Below, in pieces: positions 45,995 through 53,956 of a stretch of DNA of 64,000 bases. The notes under the pieces are model-generated. The model did no database searches. It saw only the letters and a list, made by a program, of their open reading frames with translations, and was not told the DNA's origin. The DNA is taken from the IMG/VR virus record IMGVR_UViG_3300033120_000231, positions 1 to 64,000 of that record; one strand, 5' to 3'. Position 1 is the first letter of the stretch. Each line of letters begins with the position of its first letter. The position numbers were made by a program, and so were the translations under genes. The stretch is from a virus. Lineage: Duplodnaviria > Caudoviricetes.

Positions 45995-46078
45995 ATGGAA
46001 AACAACAAACGTACAAATCAGGGTAAACCATCCCGTGACAGGAAACAAGCACGGGAAAATAAACGCTTTCAAGGGTAA
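45995..46078 (+). CDS. 27-aa Arg/Lys-rich peptide
   Basis: MENNKRTNQGKPSRDRKQARENKRFQG; AAGGA RBS. Confidence 0.55.
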   Translation: MENNKRTNQGKPSRDRKQARENKRFQG

Positions 46079-46090
46079 GCATACGAAAAG

Positions 46091-46104
46091 TATGCTAGAA
46101 TTCT
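46091..46104 (+). promoter_or_regulatory. Second early extended -10 promoter
   Basis: TATGCTAGAATTCT identical to 45721-45734. Confidence 0.55.
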
Positions 46105-46131
46105 AGGCATCGAAACAATTAAAGGTTTAAC

Positions 46132-46428
46132 ATGAAGATTATTACAAACAATCAACCGCGTGACATTCTCACATGGTTTGATTTGACACCAGCAGAACAA
46201 GAATACTTTGACTACATGAATGAAGGAGAGGGTTCATTTTTTCGGTACAAAAACTGTGCATATGACCTGGGGGAATTCATGAGAATTGATAAGGTAATTG
46301 CACCACATCCACAGCGTGAAACATGGGAAAATTGGGATGGTTACTCTTCGGATAGTTATTTCTCTGGTGTTTTGGTGCGTTACACTGTAAATTGTGATTC
46401 AGTCATTATTGGTCGTTATTATTCATAA
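46132..46428 (+). CDS. Early hypothetical protein
   Basis: WDGYSSDSYFSGVLVRY motif. Confidence 0.75.
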   Translation: MKIITNNQPRDILTWFDLTPAEQEYFDYMNEGEGSFFRYKNCAYDLGEFMRIDKVIAPHPQRETWENWDGYSSDSYFSGVLVRYTVNCDSVIIGRYYS

Positions 46429-46440
46429 GGAGTTATCACT

Positions 46441-46704
46441 ATGTCGCAGATTTATCGTTCTTTCAATGGTACAGCACGCGAGTTCATCCAAGCGGGTGTA
46501 ACCGTCAATTCAAAAAAGATCAATCAACCGGGGTTGTCTCTTATGGCACAATATGGCGTTGCTAAAATTGTCGGGGAAGTGCCACGGCCTGAAGGTAAAC
46601 GGGGACACCCTGAAAAGGTTTACTTACTTGTAGGTAATTCAGGATTACGTGTGGAATGGGCTACTTTGGAAGAAAAACATCAAGAAGTATTTACAGTAGC
46701 TTGA
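46441..46704 (+). CDS. Early hypothetical protein
   Basis: AAGGAG RBS. Confidence 0.7.
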   Translation: MSQIYRSFNGTAREFIQAGVTVNSKKINQPGLSLMAQYGVAKIVGEVPRPEGKRGHPEKVYLLVGNSGLRVEWATLEEKHQEVFTVA

Positions 46705-46791
46705 AATGTTTTTCCATTGGGTTCTGATTTTATGTTAGAATCCCTTGGAAAGAGAATTTTCTTAACCCGCTAACCTACTGGAGATAGCACC

Positions 46792-47274
46792 ATGTCAAAT
46801 GTATTCAAGAACCCGGCTTTTTATCGCAATTCTGAAGGGGCAGTTTATGAGTCATATAATGGCGAACCCTTCCAACCTACTGACACAAAGTTGACTAAAA
46901 AAGAAGGTGCAAAAGGTGTTCAAGATGATGCTAAGAAGTATCTGAGAAGCTTGCTCAAGCCAGGATCAACGGTCTATACCATCCTTAATCATCGTTCAGC
47001 GTCTGGGATGTCTCGGTCAATTTCCCTCTGCATTGCTGACAAAAAGGGTGAAATTATTAAGCTGGATTACTGGGTGGCGAAAGCCAAGGGGGAACATATC
47101 GATGATAAGCATGGCGGTTTGAAGGTGGGTGGCTATGGAATGGATATGGGGTTCCACCTTGTGTATAACCTTGGCTCTATGCTGTGGCCTAATGGGACAA
47201 GTAAACCGCATGGCTCACGTAATGGCAAGCCTGATAATGACGGAGGGTATGCACTTAAACATCAATGGCTTTGA
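46792..47274 (+). CDS. Early hypothetical phage protein
   Basis: HRSASGMSRSI...GGYGMDMGFHLVYNL. Confidence 0.8.
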   Translation: MSNVFKNPAFYRNSEGAVYESYNGEPFQPTDTKLTKKEGAKGVQDDAKKYLRSLLKPGSTVYTILNHRSASGMSRSISLCIADKKGEIIKLDYWVAKAKGEHIDDKHGGLKVGGYGMDMGFHLVYNLGSMLWPNGTSKPHGSRNGKPDNDGGYALKHQWL

Positions 47275-47304
47275 TTTAACACTTGACTATTTGGAGTAAT
47301 TACT

Positions 47305-47679
47305 ATGCCTAAAACAAAGTTTCCACAGTTTGATTCATACGCAATTGCAGGTGATTCGATCACATGGGAAAAAGAAGGGTTTGATATCACAGCTACTCTT
47401 CACGCTGACACTGACACACACGTTAATGATTTTGAATGCTATTCACAGATTAAAATCAAACAATGGAAGAATGATGAATGGTTCTTTGTAGGTGTTGTTT
47501 TATCAGTATCAAAGAATGCTGTATTGATTGATGACCATGCCGCTAGTTTATGGGGGATTGACTGCAACTACAATAAACGCTCAAATCGTTATTTATCTGA
47601 AGTGGCTCAGGAACTGGAAAGCGAAGCTATCGAAACAGCAAATAAACGCATTGAAGTTATGCTGAAGGCGTTATCATGA
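47305..47679 (+). CDS. Early hypothetical phage protein
   Basis: WKNDEWFFVGVVLSV...ASLWGID. Confidence 0.8.
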   Translation: MPKTKFPQFDSYAIAGDSITWEKEGFDITATLHADTDTHVNDFECYSQIKIKQWKNDEWFFVGVVLSVSKNAVLIDDHAASLWGIDCNYNKRSNRYLSEVAQELESEAIETANKRIEVMLKALS

Positions 47680-47801
47680 TTGATCAACTCAGAAAGCGCT
47701 TATTTGTTGCTTTGATTGTCTTTGGGTGCTTGAGCTATGCTATAATACTGGCATTTTCACCATTGGGATTGATTGTGTGGTTTTTGACAAGGAGTCATTA
47801 A
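47676..47801 (+). CDS. Small membrane protein (41 aa)
   Basis: Hydrophobic; ATGA overlap. Confidence 0.5.
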   Translation: MIDQLRKRLFVALIVFGCLSYAIILAFSPLGLIVWFLTRSH

Positions 47802-47802
47802 A

Positions 47803-48084
47803 ATGACTAACATCATTAAAAACGGTCAGATTATCCGCACTTCACACAATCTGAGAGCCATGTTAGATTATGCTACTATGTCAGCAGTAAAAAGAATAGA
47901 ATCCATTGACCTACCCGACGAAGGTAATGGTTTAAGGGGTACAGTAAGAGTAATCTATTCTGATGGTGCAGAATCAAGAGCTATCTTTGAAAGATACCAT
48001 ATCATGATTGACTGGATACGAAAACGCAGGAGCTGGAAAGGTGCACAGCATGTTATGCAAGGGCCAGACATAGGTTTTAATTAG
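47803..48084 (+). CDS. Early hypothetical protein
   Basis: AAGGAG RBS; WIRKRRSW. Confidence 0.7.
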   Translation: MTNIIKNGQIIRTSHNLRAMLDYATMSAVKRIESIDLPDEGNGLRGTVRVIYSDGAESRAIFERYHIMIDWIRKRRSWKGAQHVMQGPDIGFN

Positions 48085-48098
48085 TAGGAGAATATATA

Positions 48099-48338
48099 AT
48101 GAAAGTTTTTGATGAAATTAATAAGTTTGCAACTGAAGAAGATAAACCTATTCTAATTTGGTTGTTTAATCGCTATCATTGGGCTTCACAATGGCAGTTT
48201 GTCGCATCTTGTAAGTTTGTGAAATATGGCACTCTAAGTTATCAATCCAATAGGGTTTGGTATCCCACCCCAGAAGGGCGTACGTTGTTCAATCATTTTG
48301 ATAATGATCATTCAACACCCCCCGAAGATGTTATTTAA
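48099..48338 (+). CDS. Early hypothetical protein
   Basis: AGGAG RBS. Confidence 0.7.
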   Translation: MKVFDEINKFATEEDKPILIWLFNRYHWASQWQFVASCKFVKYGTLSYQSNRVWYPTPEGRTLFNHFDNDHSTPPEDVI

Positions 48339-48350
48339 TAAGGGTTTAAT

Positions 48351-48566
48351 ATGCTTATCGTTCGTAAAAATGAAATATATCATCAAGAATATCATGTATG
48401 CAAATATAACCGTCAAGGTGAATACCTGGGCGCTGTAGCTGGCATGGGAAATAATAGGGGAACTTGGGATACAGCAGCTAAGAGCATACGCACTGCCCAA
48501 CGGTGGGCTAAGCTCTGCAGGCAGGATAATCCTGAGAATAAATATAGGGTTAAGGCTATGTATTAG
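48351..48566 (+). CDS. Early hypothetical protein
   Basis: In-operon ORF. Confidence 0.6.
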   Translation: MLIVRKNEIYHQEYHVCKYNRQGEYLGAVAGMGNNRGTWDTAAKSIRTAQRWAKLCRQDNPENKYRVKAMY

Positions 48567-48620
48567 TAATCTTAAAGTATGCTACAATGCAGACATCATA
48601 AACACATTGGAGTAATCAAC

Positions 48621-48782
48621 ATGTACACTAAATTTGAATCAGGGCATGCCTATGCCAGACGCAATGGATATAAGGGTACATACGAAGAGTATATAAAGCT
48701 TCATATTGAAGCTTATCGCACTATATGCAAGAGGTGCAGCATCAAGCCGCTGATGAAGGATCAATGGTTTATACTGCAATAA
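48621..48782 (+). CDS. Early hypothetical protein
   Basis: GGAG RBS before MYTKFE; extended -10 TGCTACAAT at 48580-48588. Confidence 0.65.
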   Translation: MYTKFESGHAYARRNGYKGTYEEYIKLHIEAYRTICKRCSIKPLMKDQWFILQ

Positions 48783-48797
48783 GTAGCACCAAATAAC

Positions 48798-48828
48798 AAG
48801 CCCAGACTAACCATCCGGGTTTTCTTTT
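48798..48828 (+). terminator. Intrinsic terminator ending the early region
   Basis: AAGCCC...CGGGTT plus TTCTTTT. Confidence 0.65.
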
Positions 48829-49295
48829 ATGTGCATTATAGGTTTTAACTATTGGGCAGTGCTATTCATAGAGTTTGACAATCGAAAATGGTAGGCCTAT
48901 TGTTTCCCCCATTTCACCACAATTTCACCCTCGATTCATCAATCCTATAATACCAATCAATCCATACATTTCAACACCAGATAACCACTGTACAACATGT
49001 TGCATGGTACTTTATACAACGGTTATTATGTTAATAGGACACGTAAACCATAGCAGAAAACAGCATGAATAGGGATTCTACATACGATAACGAGTATATG
49101 AAGGGTATTATTCACTGATCGATATTTTGTAATCGTATCGGAAATGATAGCATGGCTGGTTCCGGTCGATCAAGTACCCCTGCCTATCTGCGGTGATATT
49201 TATCCCTGATCTTTACACCACAAAAAGAACTATGCAGTAACAATAAATTTTATAAAATAGTATTATGCAATAACAAACTAAAAAGACCCTCAATA

Positions 49296-49385
49296 GAGGG
49301 CCTATAAGCTCTTCAGAGCGATTTAAATCTAAAGGTGATACCAAGGTGTTGTCTAAGCGTTTTAAACGGTTATAGAGCCTTTAAT
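49296..49385. repeat. Dispersed TTTAAA/hairpin element, copy E5
   Basis: GATTTAAATC (49320), AAGGTGATACC core, CGTTTTAAACGG (49358). Confidence 0.5.
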
Positions 49386-49412
49386 CAATCTTACGATATT
49401 TACCTTCTGCAC

Positions 49413-49439
49413 AAACAAAAAGAGCACCCGAAGGTGCTC
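49413..49439 (-). terminator. Intrinsic terminator for the leftward MTase operon
   Basis: GAGCACC-CGAA-GGTGCTC with a T-tract on the minus strand. Confidence 0.8.
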
Positions 49440-49492
49440 ATGTTGAAATTTTAGATTTTATAAGAGGGGTGTTATCAACAGCGCTTTCTTGC

Positions 49493-50191
49493 TTATACCT
49501 TGAACAGTTTCTCTACTGCATTATGCGTAGATTCTTTACGAGTAGAACTGAAGTTAGTCTTTATTTCCCCTTGCCATACTAACTCAAAATCATCTGGTGC
49601 ATTATACTCAGACACAAATACAATGTTTCCTTTGGACTTCATGCACCTGCACCACTGAAAGAATTCCTCATGGTTAAAAGCACCAGTCTTATAACCAGTA
49701 GTTCCTTGATATGGAGGGTCACAGTAGATTAGACTATTCTCTGCTTTAATACTACTATAACTTGCACAAATAAATTCAACTGATTGAATCTTTGGTGATT
49801 GCTTTAGTGCTAAGTTCTTACCACACAGTGCATAGTTTGTTCCTTGATTATTTCTTGCAAAACCGTTCTCAAATTTTGCACCAAAACTGCACTCATACCT
49901 AACCCAACTTGTAATGGGGTGTGGAGGTGTCTTCTTAATTTCTTTATAATAATCTTCTGTTACTATAGTGGGAAGTTCCTCTACAAAATCACGAACACCA
50001 AGCATTGCTGCAATAGTGTGTTCATTTAAATCATAACCAACTCTAGTAAACCTCTCAGGTACTTTATCTATTAGATTAGCACCCCCAACAAAAGGTTCAA
50101 CCCAAGTTGTAATCCCTTGTTTATCTGCTTCTTCAAGCATAATTGGTAGAATATGCTTTGCTATTCTGTTCTTACTGCCCATGTATTTCAT
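49493..50191 (-). CDS. DNA adenine methyltransferase (D12/Dam-like)
   Basis: MKYMGSK, WVEPFVGG and IYCDPPY motifs. Confidence 0.88.
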   Translation of the reverse strand: MKYMGSKNRIAKHILPIMLEEADKQGITTWVEPFVGGANLIDKVPERFTRVGYDLNEHTIAAMLGVRDFVEELPTIVTEDYYKEIKKTPPHPITSWVRYECSFGAKFENGFARNNQGTNYALCGKNLALKQSPKIQSVEFICASYSSIKAENSLIYCDPPYQGTTGYKTGAFNHEEFFQWCRCMKSKGNIVFVSEYNAPDDFELVWQGEIKTNFSSTRKESTHNAVEKLFKV

Positions 50192-50523
50192 TTCTTCTCC
50201 TTCAATTTAACTACTGCTTGCACAATTGCTCTACGAGTAAGTTCTAAACGAGTAAACTCTCCATTTGAAACTTCTGTATGGATGTGATCATCTACTATTT
50301 TAATTTCAACAGAGTACTCCCATTGCACAATAGTAAAGCAAGCAACTACAGCAAGTCTAAGTGCATCTCCATCATCATACAGTGGATTCCAATAACGAAC
50401 AAACTCATGGTTAAGGTCTACTAGACTCATACCCTTACTTCTATCAATAGTCCACCCTTCAATATGTAAAGATGCATAACCTATTACCTTAGATGCTGCC
50501 TCTAATAATTCATAATCATCCAT
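50188..50523 (-). CDS. Hypothetical phage protein (paralog of 43742-44056)
   Basis: YELLEAASKVIG...WNPLYDDGDALRLAV. Confidence 0.75.
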   Translation of the reverse strand: MDDYELLEAASKVIGYASLHIEGWTIDRSKGMSLVDLNHEFVRYWNPLYDDGDALRLAVVACFTIVQWEYSVEIKIVDDHIHTEVSNGEFTRLELTRRAIVQAVVKLKEKK

Positions 50524-50607
50524 AAGTTTTCCTTTCTTTAGTTAAGTTTAGTAATCTTACCAGAAATCTCTTGTAGATTAGCAAGCATACCTGCAGAGCG
50601 GCCACAA

Positions 50608-50646
50608 CGCCTGACGGCCTTCGGTCAGCAGGGCTGCCCTCAGCGT
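50608..50646 (+). repeat. GC-rich branched hairpin element, copy B
   Basis: CGCCTGACGGCCTTCGGTCAGCAGGGCTGCCCTCAGCGT; 35/39 identical to copy A. Confidence 0.8.
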
Positions 50647-50682
50647 GGTTGCGTCCTTGCACCTATTTCTTCTGACTTAGGA

Positions 50683-51348
50683 TTAAGCCTTCTCGATCCT
50701 TTCTTGAGCAACCTTAAAGTACCCTTCATCCATTTCAATACCAATGAAGTTCCGATTAAGGTTCTTTGCTGCTACACCAGTTGTTCCTGAGCCCATAAAA
50801 CAATCCAAAACTACATCACCTTCATTACTATGAATCATTATAAGTTCTTGCATCAGCTTTAAGGATTTCTGTGTAGGATGGAGTCCTTTGTCAATACTGC
50901 AAACAAACTTAGGTCTTTGATAAGATGAATCTTGTCTGTTAAATGTCCATTTAGCTTTTCTCTTAGTAAACCAAATAGCGCACTCATAGTCTGTGATATA
51001 CCTACGATCACGGTTCCTTGGCATAGGATTCGATTTCTCTAATCTAAGCATATCTTTTGTGTCAAAGTCCAAGGACTCTGCAAACCTAGAAATATCACCA
51101 AGATTCTTCCAATCATTGAACACTACAAAACTACCATTCTTTGTAAGAACACGAGAGCATTCTTTAATGTAAGAAAACAAGTCTGCATTCTTATCCCACT
51201 CTCCGAAGTCAATACCTGCTCTACCCATAGTAGTAAAATTGTTGTCCCGTGCAATGTTATAAGGAGGATCAGTCAGCACTAAGTCAATAGACCCGTCAGG
51301 AATCTCTTTCATTCTTTCAAGGCAGTCGCCTTGCATTAGAGTAATCAT
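50683..51348 (-). CDS. DNA methyltransferase, N6/N4 beta class
   Basis: LTDPPYN, HPTQKS and VLDCFMGSGTT motifs. Confidence 0.92.
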   Translation of the reverse strand: MITLMQGDCLERMKEIPDGSIDLVLTDPPYNIARDNNFTTMGRAGIDFGEWDKNADLFSYIKECSRVLTKNGSFVVFNDWKNLGDISRFAESLDFDTKDMLRLEKSNPMPRNRDRRYITDYECAIWFTKRKAKWTFNRQDSSYQRPKFVCSIDKGLHPTQKSLKLMQELIMIHSNEGDVVLDCFMGSGTTGVAAKNLNRNFIGIEMDEGYFKVAQERIEKA

Positions 51349-51530
51349 ATTAAACCTTTCATAGTTTGTTGTCGTTAAGGTCTAAAGTATAGCACAAGTC
51401 AGATAGCAATGAAGGGTATCTTTGTGTTATCAGGCTTCAACGAAGGCTGTAAAAGATGCTTAGTGTACACGATTTCACCCTGTCATGCAAGCATGAAGAG
51501 GATATTTGTTTGTTCAGACACAAAGATTGG

Positions 51531-51661
51531 GTGCTTGAGTCCGAAGGATGAGACTGCTTATAGTGCTTGAGTAGGAGTCTAGGTATTGTTGTATAAAAGA
51601 TACAAAAATTCTATAAGCAGTATTTGCAGTTATATATATCTATGAGAAAAACTGCTTATAG
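51531..51661. repeat. Iteron-like cluster (possible origin or operator)
   Basis: ACTGCTTATAG at 51553(+), 51611(-) and 51651(+); GTGCTTGAGT at 51531 and 51563; (TA)n between the inverted pair. Confidence 0.7.
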
Positions 51662-51675
51662 CCTATTCTGCTCAT

Positions 51676-52359
51676 TTAGTAGGCACAATCAGATAGATCA
51701 AGTAGTTCTTTAGGTATGCTTTCCTTCTGCACTTTTACGACAAGACTAACCTTTGAGTTGCGTTCTTCCAGTTTCAAGGATGTTTTATGCAGGCTTTCAA
51801 GCCAGTTAGTCAACAATCCACCTGTTGCACTACTTTGACTTGTCATTGCTTGTGCCATACCACAGATAGCTGATTTAATTGAAAGCACTGAGGGTACTTG
51901 ATCCTTTTCTTCTTGTGTAGTTGCATTATCCAACAGTATCGTGTGCAATTCGTAAGCATACTCGTGAGTGCGTTGCTCGATAGCCATAGCTTCTTGAATC
52001 ACTTGTTCTGTCATAAATACGGAGAACTGTGGAACCATCCAATTAGGCCGAATAATATTTTCCTTGCTGCGCTTCTTGATTCGTTGTACCACCTTATTCA
52101 CATCCTTGTGCAGTTGTTCAGGTTTCTGGTCTTGGTCAATAGCTCGTGCAATTTCTCCTTTACTTACACCTTTTTGTGTACGACTTTTCTTTTCAAGTTC
52201 ATCAATTATCTCTTTTTCAATAGTTCTGACTGCCTTTAGATTGTGCCAGCACCAAGATAGGCTCACATCTAAAGCCTTAGAGATTTCTTCGTATGACTTC
52301 CCTTGTGTACGTAGTTCTTGTGCTTGAAGTTTAATTTCATTTGATATTTTCTTTGGCAT
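51676..52359 (-). CDS. HTH DNA-binding protein
   Basis: ELRTQGKSYEEISKALDVSLSWC. Confidence 0.75.
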   Translation of the reverse strand: MPKKISNEIKLQAQELRTQGKSYEEISKALDVSLSWCWHNLKAVRTIEKEIIDELEKKSRTQKGVSKGEIARAIDQDQKPEQLHKDVNKVVQRIKKRSKENIIRPNWMVPQFSVFMTEQVIQEAMAIEQRTHEYAYELHTILLDNATTQEEKDQVPSVLSIKSAICGMAQAMTSQSSATGGLLTNWLESLHKTSLKLEERNSKVSLVVKVQKESIPKELLDLSDCAY

Positions 52360-52372
52360 CTAATTCCTTATA

Positions 52373-52513
52373 TCACCAAGCCCAAGGCTCTTGTGGGCAT
52401 ATGTCGTTAGGATCATCGCTCTGGTATAAGTGATAATCCTCTACTTCAATTTCGTTTTCTAGTTCTTCATCAGCCAGAAGATCAGTGATTTGTTGGTTAA
52501 GAATTACTTTCAT
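52373..52513 (-). CDS. Small acidic protein (46 aa, not in ORF track)
   Basis: MKVILNQQITDLLADEELENE...EPWAW. Confidence 0.5.
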   Translation of the reverse strand: MKVILNQQITDLLADEELENEIEVEDYHLYQSDDPNDICPQEPWAW

Positions 52514-52526
52514 ATTTATGGCCGTG

Positions 52527-53243
52527 TTAGTAGAATTCTTTAATAATCTTATTACTTAGAAGTTCTTGTCTTTCTATTATCATTTCATTAATTTCTTTAG
52601 TTAGTTTAGGATGTTCTTTTACTACATATTCTCTGAAATCCTCAACTACAGAATCTGCAAATAGAAATGATAACCCTTCAGTTGTATTTAAGTTCAAATA
52701 AAAATAATTTAAGAAGGATTTCTTGCTATCTTGTATTTTGGTATTTCTACATGAGTTAATTATTGCCTTAATCTTCTGCTGTACAGAATTATTTGTAAAT
52801 TTTACAGCACATCCCACGATACAAGAGTATACGGAATGCTCATCAATTAATCTATGTAGTCTATTATGATCGGCGATTGCGATCTCCTTGTTTTCTACCA
52901 TAGTCATAGACTTGTCCAGAACAAACTTTTTAAATAAGGCAAGGCTTCTCATTTTATTTATTTTACTAGAGTCTGTAAACACCTTATTAAGAGGGGGTTT
53001 TACTGCTCTGATTAAGAATTCCTCCCTCGCAGCAGCATCTTGCTTTGTGTCAAACTTCTCTATATCAATCGAAAACACTACCCCATTAAAGTGCATTCTA
53101 TTCAATTCATAAACATGTGAGCACCCACTGTTAACATGCTTTTGTCTTCCATAAGCACCATGACCAATATAGTATATTAGATCATTGTGGCTTACTTTAT
53201 ATACCACATACAATTTATCTTTAATGTTTTTCTTTTTCTTCAT
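52527..53243 (-). CDS. GIY-YIG-family endonuclease-like protein
   Basis: LYVVYKV...IYYIGHGAYGR...AREEFLIRAVKPPLN. Confidence 0.75.
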   Translation of the reverse strand: MKKKKNIKDKLYVVYKVSHNDLIYYIGHGAYGRQKHVNSGCSHVYELNRMHFNGVVFSIDIEKFDTKQDAAAREEFLIRAVKPPLNKVFTDSSKINKMRSLALFKKFVLDKSMTMVENKEIAIADHNRLHRLIDEHSVYSCIVGCAVKFTNNSVQQKIKAIINSCRNTKIQDSKKSFLNYFYLNLNTTEGLSFLFADSVVEDFREYVVKEHPKLTKEINEMIIERQELLSNKIIKEFY

Positions 53244-53493
53244 TTTTTCCTACAACCTCGTAACAATTCCAACCTCTGTCATTCTTAGTTACATTAATGT
53301 AACCTGCCATCTGCAATGCCTTCACAGCCTTGGCTACTGTAATCTCTGTGAGAGTGGTAATACCGGCGAGAGCAGAGTATGAAATATTAGATTGTGTATT
53401 ACTCTTAACACCCTGAGAAATAACCGCCATTACAATCTTTGTTGCAGCAGACAAGTTTGCATCTTGCATTACATTTTTCGTGATTTCGTACAT
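53221..53493 (-). CDS. Winged-HTH protein (HTH_36-like)
   Basis: LSAATKIV...ISYSALAGITTLTEITVAKAVKALQMAGYI...N.Y. Confidence 0.75.
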   Translation of the reverse strand: MYEITKNVMQDANLSAATKIVMAVISQGVKSNTQSNISYSALAGITTLTEITVAKAVKALQMAGYINVTKNDRGWNCYEVVGKNEEKEKH

Positions 53494-53522
53494 AGTTCTC
53501 CTATTTAATTAGTACAAGTTTA

Positions 53523-53551
53523 ATTATACCATACTTTCTTTGATATTACAA
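53523..53551 (-). promoter_or_regulatory. sigma70 promoter
   Basis: TTGTAA-17-TATAAT with TG extension. Confidence 0.75.
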
Positions 53552-53643
53552 GCGAAATCTTTGTGCTCTGATATGTACTTCATAATAGTATAACTCTTCC
53601 CCGATCCCGGTAGTGCATCCAGTACTTCAATTTGTTGTGTCAT
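53524..53643 (-). pseudogene. 39-aa N-terminal stub of a P-loop helicase-like gene
   Basis: MTQQIEVLDALPGSGKSYTIMKYI (Walker A), AAGGA RBS, then stops within the next promoter. Confidence 0.6.
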
Positions 53644-53668
53644 TTAAAATCCTTTGGTTTTAAAATTG

Positions 53669-53803
53669 TCAAATCAACCCCATCATAAGTGCAGTTTCAT
53701 ATGCTTCTTCATAGCCCTCTGCTTGAATTATGAAGTAATCATCAGACATAAAACTCAAAGGTTCCTCTGTGATTGTACCATCAGGGTACACGTAATAACT
53801 CAT
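53669..53803 (-). CDS. Small hypothetical protein (44 aa)
   Basis: MSYYVYPDG...MSDDY; AAGG RBS. Confidence 0.6.
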   Translation of the reverse strand: MSYYVYPDGTITEEPLSFMSDDYFIIQAEGYEEAYETALMMGLI

Positions 53804-53861
53804 ACCTTTTCTCCTTTCAAATAAAAACTCTTGCTAATCAAGTTATTTCTTACGAAACACC

Positions 53862-53890
53862 TTGTCAAAATGTACTTTCCATGCTATAAT
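53862..53890 (+). promoter_or_regulatory. sigma70 promoter
   Basis: TTGTCA-17-TATAAT with TG extension. Confidence 0.8.
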
Positions 53891-53956
53891 AACCCTTATA
53901 GACGTTCAGAAAAGAACTACTTCATCTAACATCAATCCTACCATGAAAGGAAACCT

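Noticed and set aside
48875-49072. 65-aa ORF in the C/A-skewed tract
   Set aside because: TTG start, no RBS, and a Pro/Ile-rich translation produced by the low-complexity DNA; treated as non-coding.
51528-51556. Hammerhead-ribozyme-like GTCC-GAA-GGAT-GAGAC
   Set aside because: It lacks the CUGANGA core and GAAA; better explained as part of the iteron cluster.
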